DNA from: an uncultured Acidimicrobiia bacterium
GTDB lineage: Bacteria > Acidobacteriota > Terriglobia > Versatilivoradales > Versatilivoraceae
Direction of reading: 5' to 3'
DNA: 64,000 nucleotides
Assembly (NCBI GenBank): GCA_963786955.1
Contig: CAWBAT010000006.1
Coordinates: 576,001-640,000 of the forward strand
Shown: positions 55,477 to 64,000 of the stretch, one piece after another
How positions within the stretch are numbered: position 1 is the first letter of the stretch
How the letters are laid out: every line of letters begins with the position of its first letter
Translations under genes and position numbers: made by a program
The notes under the pieces: model-generated
Told to the model about the DNA's origin: nothing
What the model saw: the letters and a program-made list of their open reading frames with translations, nothing else
The model's database searches: none

Positions 55477-56220
55477 ATGCCTAGAAACCTTCGTCTCATT
55501 CTTGAATATGATGGCACCCACTTCCACGGCTGGCAGGTTCAGCCGGGGCTCGACACAATCCAAGGAAGATTGACCTCGGTTTCCTCCGAGGTGACACAGG
55601 AACCCATTCATGTTCATGGCTCAGGTAGGACTGATGCAGGCACTCACGCTCTGGCACAAGTGTGCAACTTCTTGACGGAGAGCAAAATTCCGGTTGAAAA
55701 CTTAAAGAAAGCCATGAACTCTCTGCTTCCCCCTTCCATCAGAATCAACGCGATCGACGAGGTTCCCCTTTCTTTCCATGCGCGTCGAGATTCGGTTTTC
55801 AAGCATTATCGCTATCGGATTTCATTGTCAAAGTCCTGCTCTCCTTTCCAATACGCGTATGTCCATCATTGCCCTTATAAATTGGACCTCCAGAAAATGA
55901 GTGAGGCAGGTGAAAGAATTCTCGGCGTGCATGATTTTTCCGCATTTTGCGACTCTGATTCTGAGGTCGAGTCGAAGGTTCGCCACCTCTTGAGTTCCTC
56001 TTTTCTGTTTGACAGTCCCCGAAATCTCATAGAATATAACGTTTGCGCGAACGGCTTCTTGCACCATATGGTCAGGAACCTGGTCGGCACTTTTCTAGAG
56101 ATCGGAAAAGGCCGAATTGCCAGTGAGGAAATCACGAATATTCTGGAATCAAAAGATCGCTCGCGGGCTGGTCGAACAGCACCCGCCAAAGGGCTTTTCC
56201 TGGTAAAGGTTGGTTATTAG
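55477..56220 (+). CDS. truA: tRNA pseudouridine(38-40) synthase
   Basis: YDGTHFHGWQ, GSGRTDAGTHA, HDFSAF, GFLHHMVR, APAKGLFL. Confidence 0.96.
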   Translation: MPRNLRLILEYDGTHFHGWQVQPGLDTIQGRLTSVSSEVTQEPIHVHGSGRTDAGTHALAQVCNFLTESKIPVENLKKAMNSLLPPSIRINAIDEVPLSFHARRDSVFKHYRYRISLSKSCSPFQYAYVHHCPYKLDLQKMSEAGERILGVHDFSAFCDSDSEVESKVRHLLSSSFLFDSPRNLIEYNVCANGFLHHMVRNLVGTFLEIGKGRIASEEITNILESKDRSRAGRTAPAKGLFLVKVGY

Positions 56221-56384
56221 TGAACTAAGTTAGCCCCGCAGCTCTGTTTATCCTCTTGACGGGTCTGCTCGCCGGGAGGATTTCCAATTCACGATCCTGC
56301 AAAGATTCGCTTGAGCAAGTTCTAAGGATGAAAGTTCAGGCGAGGGTCAACGGGCGAACCCACACGTCCAGTCCTTGGCTCAGA

Positions 56385-57185
56385 ATGTCAACTCTCACCG
56401 AACAGATCACAGGAAATTTCAAGGGACATCTCAAAACCGGCTCCCTTGAGAAGCGCCTATTCGAGCAACTGGAATTAGATCGGATTCCCAGGCACGTGGC
56501 AATTATCATGGACGGAAATGGGCGTTGGGCTCAAAAACGCCGCTTGCCAAGAGTGGCCGGACACCGGGCCGGGATTGTCTCGGTCAGAGAGACCGTAGAG
56601 ACCGCCGTACGCTTAAACGTTCAGGTGCTGACTCTTTATGCATTTTCAGTAGAGAACTGGAAAAGACCTGCCGGTGAAGTCTCGACGCTGATGAGTCTGT
56701 TGAAGGAGTTTCTGCGAAAAGAACTGAAAACTCTGATGAAAAACAACATTCGATTCGCTACGCTGGGACGTATCAGCGAGTTGGATCCTGAGATTCAGAA
56801 GGAGTTGGAGTCCGCCAAAGCCAAGACGGCCTTTAACGACGGGATGGTCTTTAACGTTGCGCTCAATTATGGCGGCCGCGCGGAGCTGGTGGACGCCTTT
56901 AAGCTTTTGGTCGAGAAAACGCCAAATGGGAAAGGACATCCCCCGGAAATTACAGAAGAGAGCATCGCGGCCTGCCTCTATACGGCAGGACTTCCAGACC
57001 CGGATCTGATGATCAGGACAAGTGGAGAATTAAGGGTCAGTAATTTCTTGTTGTGGCAAATTGCCTATTCCGAGATTTGGGTGACCGAGACCTTGTGGCC
57101 TGACTTTAGGAAGAAGGATTTTTTTGAAGGGATCATCGCTTATCAGAAAAGGGAACGCCGCTTCGGGGGACTAGCCACAAAATGA
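56385..57185 (+). CDS. uppS: Undecaprenyl diphosphate synthase
   Basis: HVAIIMDGNGRWA, YAFSVENWKR, NYGGR, IRTSGELRVSNFLLWQ, RERRFG. Confidence 0.96.
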   Translation: MSTLTEQITGNFKGHLKTGSLEKRLFEQLELDRIPRHVAIIMDGNGRWAQKRRLPRVAGHRAGIVSVRETVETAVRLNVQVLTLYAFSVENWKRPAGEVSTLMSLLKEFLRKELKTLMKNNIRFATLGRISELDPEIQKELESAKAKTAFNDGMVFNVALNYGGRAELVDAFKLLVEKTPNGKGHPPEITEESIAACLYTAGLPDPDLMIRTSGELRVSNFLLWQIAYSEIWVTETLWPDFRKKDFFEGIIAYQKRERRFGGLATK

Positions 57186-58000
57186 AGCGCGTCCTGACGG
57201 CTTTTATCCTGGTCCCAGTGCTGATAATCATTATTGGTTATAGCCCGCCCTATGTTTTCACAATTCTAGTAGCCACGGCCGCTATCCTGTCATTGGAAGA
57301 GTTCTTTGCGATCATGAGCCATTGTGGGTTCGAGATCTATCGAGTGTGGGGCCATCTGTTGGGCGTATGTCTGATTCTCAGTTTTCATTTTTCGCCACAC
57401 AACCAGACGCTCTCGCTAACCGTCTTGACCCTTTCTGTATTTCTTTTGTTGGCTTGGAATATTCAGAAGGGAAAAGATTTCCAGCAGGCCTTACCGAGTT
57501 CGGCTGTGACGACATTGGGACTCATTTATGTCCCGGTGTCCTTAGGATTGCTCATTGCATTGCAATCCAGTCACACCATCTGGGGCGAAGGGAGCCGGTG
57601 GGTTTTTTTTCTGTTAATGGTTGTGTGGTTTGGGGACACGGTGGCCTACTATATTGGACGAAGCTGGGGAAAACATCTTTTAGCCCCCAACCTTAGCCCA
57701 AAGAAAACAATTGAGGGAGCTTGGGGCGGGCTTTTTGGCAGTGTATTGGGAGCTCTACTGAGCAAGAAAATCTTGTTGCCACAGGCCTCTTTACTGCATC
57801 TTCTGCTACTCTCTGGGGTCATCGGGTTAGTGAGCCAGGTTGGAGATCTTTCTGAGTCAGTTCTCAAACGGGCCGCGGGCATCAAAGATTCTTCAAAAAT
57901 TCTTCCCGGACACGGTGGCATGCTGGACCGAATCGATGGAGTGCTGTTTGCGTGCCCGATCTTGTTTGTCTATGTTCGATACTTTCTAAAGTCCGCCTGA
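57182..58000 (+). CDS. cdsA: Phosphatidate cytidylyltransferase
   Basis: SPKKTIEG, GDLSESVLKR..GIKDS..LPGHGGMLDRIDG. Confidence 0.95.
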   Translation: MKRVLTAFILVPVLIIIIGYSPPYVFTILVATAAILSLEEFFAIMSHCGFEIYRVWGHLLGVCLILSFHFSPHNQTLSLTVLTLSVFLLLAWNIQKGKDFQQALPSSAVTTLGLIYVPVSLGLLIALQSSHTIWGEGSRWVFFLLMVVWFGDTVAYYIGRSWGKHLLAPNLSPKKTIEGAWGGLFGSVLGALLSKKILLPQASLLHLLLLSGVIGLVSQVGDLSESVLKRAAGIKDSSKILPGHGGMLDRIDGVLFACPILFVYVRYFLKSA

Positions 58001-59179
58001 ATGGGAATGAAACTGCTCAGTATTCTAGGTTCCACCGGGTCAATCGGGCGCAATTGCCTGAAAGTTATCGAGGAGTTCCCGGCCGATTTCCAGGTCATTG
58101 CCCTAGCCGCCGGAAGCAATAGTCGCCTGCTTTCCGAACAGATTGAGAAATTTCAACCCAGGGTCGTTTCTGTCTCGACAGCTGCAACCGCAGAAGCTCT
58201 TCGTCATGCGATCCAACACCTTCCGCCAGCCCGAAGGCCGAAGATCCTGGTGGGTTCAGACGGAGTAGTTGAAGTGGCAACCCATCCTGAAGCGAACATG
58301 CTGGTGAGCGCCATCGTCGGAATCGCAGGACTGGTCCCAACATATGAAGCGATTCGATGTGGCAAGACGGTCGCATTGGCAAACAAAGAAATTCTTGTTG
58401 TGGCTGGCGATCTTGTCCAAAAAGCAGCTCGGAAAGCTGGCGTTAAGATCATTCCCGTTGATAGTGAACATAATGCCATCCATCAATGCCTCCGTTCAGG
58501 TGGCAGGAAGGAAGTGCGAAGAATCATTCTGACTGCTTCGGGAGGACCGTTTCGCACCTTCTCCCGCAAGAAGATGGAGACCGTAACCCCGGAAATGGCC
58601 CTGAATCACCCCACTTGGAGAATGGGAAATCGGGTCACTATAGATTCCGCCACGATGATGAACAAGGGATTTGAGGTTCTCGAGGCTCACTGGTTGTTTG
58701 GTATGCCTGTCGAGAAAATTTCTGTGCTAATCCACCCTCAGTCAACCGTCCATTCAATGGTAGAATTTCAGGATGGTTCGGTTATCGCCCAATTGGGGAT
58801 CACGGATATGAAGCATCCGATTCAATATGCATTAACCTACCCCAAGCGCAGATCGGGGCCGGGTGATTTTCTCGATTTTGAAAACCTGGGTAAACTGGAA
58901 TTCATGCGACCAGACCTGAAGAAATATCCATGTCTTGAGCTCGCTTACAAGGCCGCGCGTGAACAGGGTGCTCTCCCTTGTGCCTTGAATGCGGCCGACG
59001 AGATAGCGGTAGACTTTTTCCTTTCAGGAAAGATCCCGTTCACGGCCATTTCCCAGGTTGTTGCGCAAATGTTAGAATTAGCCAAGGGAGAGAGTTCGTT
59101 TTCTTCGGTTCAAGAGCTTCTGCACTATGACCAGGCGATACGCAAAGAGTCCAGACGCCTCATCGAATCGAACCATTGA
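58001..59179 (+). CDS. dxr: 1-deoxy-D-xylulose 5-phosphate reductoisomerase
   Basis: LGSTGSIG, LANKE, PVDSEH, HPTWRMG, DSATMMNKG.E. Confidence 0.97.
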   Translation: MGMKLLSILGSTGSIGRNCLKVIEEFPADFQVIALAAGSNSRLLSEQIEKFQPRVVSVSTAATAEALRHAIQHLPPARRPKILVGSDGVVEVATHPEANMLVSAIVGIAGLVPTYEAIRCGKTVALANKEILVVAGDLVQKAARKAGVKIIPVDSEHNAIHQCLRSGGRKEVRRIILTASGGPFRTFSRKKMETVTPEMALNHPTWRMGNRVTIDSATMMNKGFEVLEAHWLFGMPVEKISVLIHPQSTVHSMVEFQDGSVIAQLGITDMKHPIQYALTYPKRRSGPGDFLDFENLGKLEFMRPDLKKYPCLELAYKAAREQGALPCALNAADEIAVDFFLSGKIPFTAISQVVAQMLELAKGESSFSSVQELLHYDQAIRKESRRLIESNH

Positions 59180-59262
59180 TCTATGAGAAGGCAATGGCTA
59201 ATTGATCCATGCGAGAGTACCGATAAGTCTGGGTAATTCTTCATTTCTTAGGAGATAGCTGG

Positions 59263-60615
59263 ATGTTCGACCTTTTTTCCTTAAATGTATTGAGTGTTAT
59301 TTTCGTCTTCGGCACGGTAGTCATCATTCACGAGCTGGGTCATTTCATGATGGCCAAGTTCTTCAAAATCCGGGTGGAAGCTTTTGCCGTCGGCTTTGGT
59401 CCCAGATTGTTTGGCTTTCGCAAAGGGGAAACGGACTATCGCGTCTGCGCGATCCCTTTGGGGGGGTATGTCAAGATGGCAGGGGAAAATCCGCATGACG
59501 ATCTCACTGGAGGAATCGAGGAATTTCTCTCGAGACCAAAATGGCAGAGATTTTTGGTTGCCGTAATGGGTCCGGTCATGAACATCCTGTTAGCGGTGTT
59601 CCTTCTTACTGGAGTCTACTACTACAAGTTCGAAGAGCCTGCCTGGCTAACCGAGCCGGTCGTCGCGGGTATTGTGAATTACGATTCTGCTGCTGAAAAG
59701 GCCGGCATTTTGCCAGGCGATCGCATCATCTCGGTCTCCGGAAAGAAGGATATCAAGTGGGAGCAGTTTGTTCTCGAGGTAGCGACCGGTGCGGGGAGAC
59801 CACTGGATCTCGAAATTGTCCGCGATGGGCAGACCATTCATAAGGAAGTGACGCCCGAATCTCACGGGCGGCAGCATGAAGGCGAGATCGGGATATTTCC
59901 GGTGACACCGTTTTTAGCCTCTCTGGTGGTCAAGAATGTGATGAAGGGAAAACCAGCGGCGGAAGCCGGGGTTTTGCAGGGCGATCGGATCATCAAAGTT
60001 GGTGATGTGGATCTGATCAAAGAGGGGAAAGACCTGGCAGATGTGCTCAAAAGGACAACCAGCGATGTTGTTTTGCTGACTGTCTTACGGAATGGACAAG
60101 AAATGACACTCTCGGTCAAGCCCTATAAGGAAGGCGAAAGACGGCTGATCGGGATAGAACGAGGTCAGACTCAGGCGATGGTGATTGAAAAGTTGAGTCT
60201 GGGCCAGGCCTTCCAAGCATCGATCCGAAAAAACATCCAGTTTGCTGGAATGATCTTTGATATTCTTCAGAAACTCATCCGGCGTGAAGTGTCATGGCGA
60301 ATGATTGAGGGGCCAATTGGAATCGCGAAGCAGTCTAGTCTTGCGGCAAAAAGTGGCTTCTCCTACCTCCTCTTTCTGATCGTGGCCATTAGTTTGAACC
60401 TGGGCATCATGAACCTTCTGCCCATTCCCGTTCTGGATGGTGGCGTCATTGCAATCATTCTGCTGGAAACCTTGATTCGCCGGGACTTGAGCCTGGCCAT
60501 TCGGGAAAGAATTACGCAGGTCGGCGTCGTCATGCTGATCGCTCTTGCCGTGATCGTCACCTATAATGACATCATCAAATCGCTGCCTATCTCCATTGAG
60601 AAGTATTTCCCGTAA
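59263..60615 (+). CDS. rseP: RIP metalloprotease RseP (M50, two PDZ domains)
   Basis: HELGH, GFGP, PLGGYVKM, NLLPIPVLDGG; canonical position after dxr. Confidence 0.95.
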   Translation: MFDLFSLNVLSVIFVFGTVVIIHELGHFMMAKFFKIRVEAFAVGFGPRLFGFRKGETDYRVCAIPLGGYVKMAGENPHDDLTGGIEEFLSRPKWQRFLVAVMGPVMNILLAVFLLTGVYYYKFEEPAWLTEPVVAGIVNYDSAAEKAGILPGDRIISVSGKKDIKWEQFVLEVATGAGRPLDLEIVRDGQTIHKEVTPESHGRQHEGEIGIFPVTPFLASLVVKNVMKGKPAAEAGVLQGDRIIKVGDVDLIKEGKDLADVLKRTTSDVVLLTVLRNGQEMTLSVKPYKEGERRLIGIERGQTQAMVIEKLSLGQAFQASIRKNIQFAGMIFDILQKLIRREVSWRMIEGPIGIAKQSSLAAKSGFSYLLFLIVAISLNLGIMNLLPIPVLDGGVIAIILLETLIRRDLSLAIRERITQVGVVMLIALAVIVTYNDIIKSLPISIEKYFP

Positions 60616-60738
60616 GAGGTCTTTCGCGGAAAATCCGTCAGACTTGATCCATCCTCATCACCGAGTCATCATTCGGCAGGCTTATAATTCTGCCCCTAAA
60701 GACAAGCGTTAGTGGGGACACACCTCCCAGCCTACCCT

Positions 60739-60830
60739 CTGGAGTTTGGACACTTGTGCAGGCCAGAGGCCCGCACCACAACCTTGTGGTGCAGGCGTCC
60801 TCGCCTGCCTCCAAGTGGCCTGAAAGCAAG
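60739..60830. mobile_element. Small MITE-like element with CTGGAGTTTGGACA end and two REP-like hairpins
   Basis: Left end resembles the TIR of 41734-42132. Internal gcaggc..gcccgcACCACAA / TTGTGGTgcaggcg-tcct-cgcctgc. Right end degenerate. Confidence 0.5.
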
Positions 60831-60873
60831 ACCCGCGAAATCTGCATAACGAAATATTCCCCACGTGACCCGA

Positions 60874-62749
60874 TCAGAATGCAGCTCCACCGAATTTGTG
60901 AGGCAGGAACGTGGTTAAGATAGGCAGGTAAGTAATGACCAACACACCCACTAATAGAACTAATAATATGGGGACAATGGAGCGATAGACTTCCGGCAAA
61001 GGTTTGCGAAACCGGTAGGAAGACAAGAAAAGGTTCATGCCGACAGGAGGGGTCAGATAACCAAGCTCCAAGTTGGCGAGAAAAATAATCCCCAGATGCA
61101 CGGGATCTATCTGATAAGCAGCTCCGAGCGGGATGATCAGAGGGACCACGACAATAATGGCTGAAAAAATGTCCATTAAACAACCCACAATGAGCAGGAA
61201 GAGGTTTAGAAGTAATAAAAATACCCACCTCGAATGAACCGCCCCTGTGACCCAATCGGCAGCACGGGACGGAACCTGCGCATCAACCAGGTAGTTCGTA
61301 AATCCCAACGCAACGCCAAGAATCAGGAACACACCTCCCACCAGCAAACCACACTCGGTCATCACCCTTGGAATGTCCTTGAACAGGTTGAGATCTTTGT
61401 AGATAAAAACTTCTACAACGAAGGCGTAAAGTGCGGTCAAAGCGGCCGCTTCAACAGGCGTGGCAAATCCACTGAAGAGTCCCCAGAAAGCGACCACCGG
61501 TAACAACAGTTCCCATTTCGCATCCCATAGGGCCGCCCTGGCTTCATTCGGCTTGAACCCGTTCTGATTTGTTGCGAGAATCTTTGGCCCCTGGTGGATT
61601 CCCCACCAAGCCGTCATCAGGACCATCAAGACTCCCGGGAATATCCCACCTAAAAACATTTGTTCGATCGTGATTTTGGCAATGATCGCATAGAGAATCA
61701 GAGGGAGGCAGGGAGGGAAAAGAAGCCCTAATGACCCAGACCCTGTCAACAAACCAAGCGAAGATCTTTCGGAATACCCCGCTGCCAGCAAGACGGGCAT
61801 CAGCAAACCACCCAATGCCAGGATGGTGACTCCGGAGGCTCCGGTGAAGGACGTAAAAAAAGCACAAACCAAAGCCGTCACGATGGCGGGTCCCCCACGG
61901 AATTGGCTGAAGAAAGCCTGAAAGACCCGAACAAGGCGCTTTGAAGCGCCTCCTTCGGCCAGGAAATACCCGGCCAGTGTAAACAGCGGGATGGTTGGCA
62001 AAGCAGGATTAATCACAAGGCGGTAATGATCCAATGGGATGGAGGCAATAGGCAGGTCAGCGCCCCAAAAAAGGATCAATGCCGCTCCGCCCAAGGTGAT
62101 GAAGACCGGCGCACCCAAAAAAGTCGCGGCCAGTAATGCCGCCAGCGCCGGAACAACCAACTCTGAAGGGGCAGTCAGCGGTCGCATGGCCAAAAAGGAG
62201 AGGATGAGCTAATATGAGGGTGGCGGCAATTCGGCCCTTCCAGTTTCCTGCCGAATGGTAGAGCAGCCTGAGTCCGACCAATCCATATCCGACGGGAATG
62301 ACAAGCTGAATAACCCAAACGGGCAGCCCGTATGCGAGAATATTGCCTCCCTCTCTCTCGGTCGCGATAAATTGAATACTGGCCACAAAAAGGAAAAAAG
62401 TAACGGTTGCCGCGAAAGCCCCACTAAATAGAAGCGCATACTGCTTGGGACGCCCCTTTAGAAACATGGAACCTGTCGCGAGAGATAAAAGGCGGTTTTC
62501 CCTGGCAGCGATGGCCCCGCCCAACATGCCGATGATCAGGGTTAAATGCTGCACAAGAGCACTGGAGGCAGAAATACCAACATGGAAGGTGGGGCGCAAT
62601 ATCGCTTCGAAGAGGGGGAGCAAAACCATGGCACTCAGGGCAAGAGTAACGACGAGATTTTCCAGGCGGCTCAGTCTCGTTCTTTCGAGCCTCGATTCTT
62701 TATCACCGGGTTCCCAATGACCTGAATTCGAAGGGGTTTGGTCCGTCAC
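60874..62749 (-). CDS. TRAP transporter fused small and large permease (DctQM), frameshift near 62205
   Basis: DctQ-like four-TM N-terminus; DctM motifs IPLFTLAG, GSLGLLFPP, TPVEAA, LTPPVGMNLF. Confidence 0.88.
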
Positions 62750-63769
62750 TTGGCTCGATACTCCTGCAAAAGCTTTTGTACCTCATCAAATAGATCCGCT
62801 GGGACAATGGTGCCCCGAATTTTTGGATAGACTTCTTCAGCGGCTTTGCGCCAAACAGCCTCAATCTCCGGAGTGACAGGATGGGTAATAAGTCCTCTTT
62901 TTTTCATCGCATCAACGGCCTGTTCACCTTCAGCCCGACTTTTGATTTGGATCTGTTCACCTGCTTCCTTGGCCGCTTTCAAAACAATTTCCTGGGCTGA
63001 CGATAGGAATAGCTGTCCCAGGTTTTTTTGGTAATCACCGCCCCCCCTACCAAAGGAGCCCAATTCAACTCCAACATATGAGGTGCAGGTCCATAAAATT
63101 GACCGGCCAGTGCATAAAATGGTGTGGAAGGAACTGCGTTAATCAAGCCGGTCTGAAGGCTGGGCAAAATATCATTGGTTTCCAAGGGTACGGGTTGATA
63201 TCCCCCGGTCTTCATGATATCGAGCTGATGGGCATCCCCAGCCCAGGTGAATAACTTCATTTTCTTCATGTCGGCCGGATAAAGAACGGGTTGCTTGGAA
63301 AAAAATCGTACCCATCCGGAATCTCCCCAGAACAAAACCACAAACCCCTTATCCAATAACTTTCTTTCAATTGTGGGGCTGAGTTTCTGACGAACATATT
63401 CAACTTCATCTAGCGAATGAAACATCATGGGCATGTCCTGAAGAGCAGCCACGGAAGGGTCAATAGCCGACAAGCCAACAACGGTCAAAAGTCCAGACTG
63501 GATCTGTCCGACTCGCATTCGCCGGACCATGTCCGCTTCGCCGCCCATGGAGCCGTCCGAAAAAATCGTCAGCGACACTCCGCCACCCGGTGCCTGATGC
63601 CACTTCTCGGCCATGCCCAGAAGGATCTGATGGTAGGAAGATCCCTTCGGCGCCAAGGTCCCCAGTCGCACACGAATGGCTGCCTGGGCGTACGATTTCA
63701 TGGCCGAACCGACTAAGACCATGCCAGTAAAGTCAATAAGACGATTCCCCTCCCGCGCTTTCGCTTCAT
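62746..63769 (-). CDS. TRAP substrate-binding protein DctP (TatP-like), frameshifted
   Basis: LGTLAPKGS, GGEADMVRRMRVGQ, LFWGDSGW, SLQTGLI. Confidence 0.85.
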
Positions 63770-63789
63770 CGCAAATGGGTTCTCCCTTT

Positions 63790-64000
63790 TTATTCCACAA
63801 ACAACTCATCTTCCCTTGATAATAACCAACGGGCTCGACGCTGCATAATTAAGTTCTGGAGCCGCCACTCTGGCCTCGCATCACGTCGATTCTCAATGCC
63901 TGATCGAGCAATGCTTGAAATTCCGCTTTGTTTTGTTTACTGATCGATATCACTTCCGCATAGGAAACGAGAGGTGAAGCCAATTGCCCAGAGGAAAGTT
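63790..64000 (-). CDS. TRAP transporter TatT component, C-terminal fragment (truncated by window edge)
   Basis: Manual translation: VSYAEVISISKQNKAEFQALLDQAL..PEWRLQNLIMQRRARWLLSREDELFVE*; lies directly upstream of dctP. Confidence 0.75.

Noticed and set aside
4621-63769. Mass pseudogenisation or programmed frameshifting
   Set aside because: Indels hit many conserved housekeeping genes, often at homopolymers, while catalytic motifs stay intact. This is typical of unpolished long-read error; read-level checking would settle it.

Overview
This is a gene-dense bacterial chromosomal segment of about 50-55% GC by eye. Gene content suggests Acidobacteriota (inference). Many single-base indels split otherwise well-conserved genes (cysteine synthase, moeB, tex, icd, nadB, aroB, ubiE, M16 peptidases, TRAP), which most likely reflects uncorrected long-read errors rather than pseudogenes. 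Left to right: tpx, acs, xylA; a cysteine-synthase / JAMM protease / Ubl-E1-rhodanese fusion operon; SDRs and an M1 aminopeptidase; an SDR-cupin-atypical quinoprotein-cytochrome c module; an ornithine cyclodeaminase homolog; a radical-dehydratase-like activase pair; a large secreted LamG-type protein; tex with an acidic insert; an M16 peptidase pair; icd, nadB, aroB, ubiE; two paralogous type IV minor-pilin cassettes plus pilD; glycosyltransferases and TolC; pyrE-truA-uppS-cdsA-dxr-rseP; and a TatT-type TRAP transporter. Four signals stand out. (1) The two pilin cassettes have different predicted promoters (sigma28-like versus sigma70-like), and an N-terminally truncated pilin copy lies next to the first. 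(2) Intergenic miniature elements combine different terminal-inverted-repeat shells with REP-like hairpins in mix-and-match fashion, including one nested insertion with a 2-bp target duplication. (3) A PQQ-family dehydrogenase lacks the vicinal Cys-Cys, has a lanthanide-type Asp, and is paired with a CX4CH cytochrome. (4) A sulfur carrier is fused to its own E1 enzyme beside a JAMM protease. No rRNA, tRNA, CRISPR array or transposase was seen.
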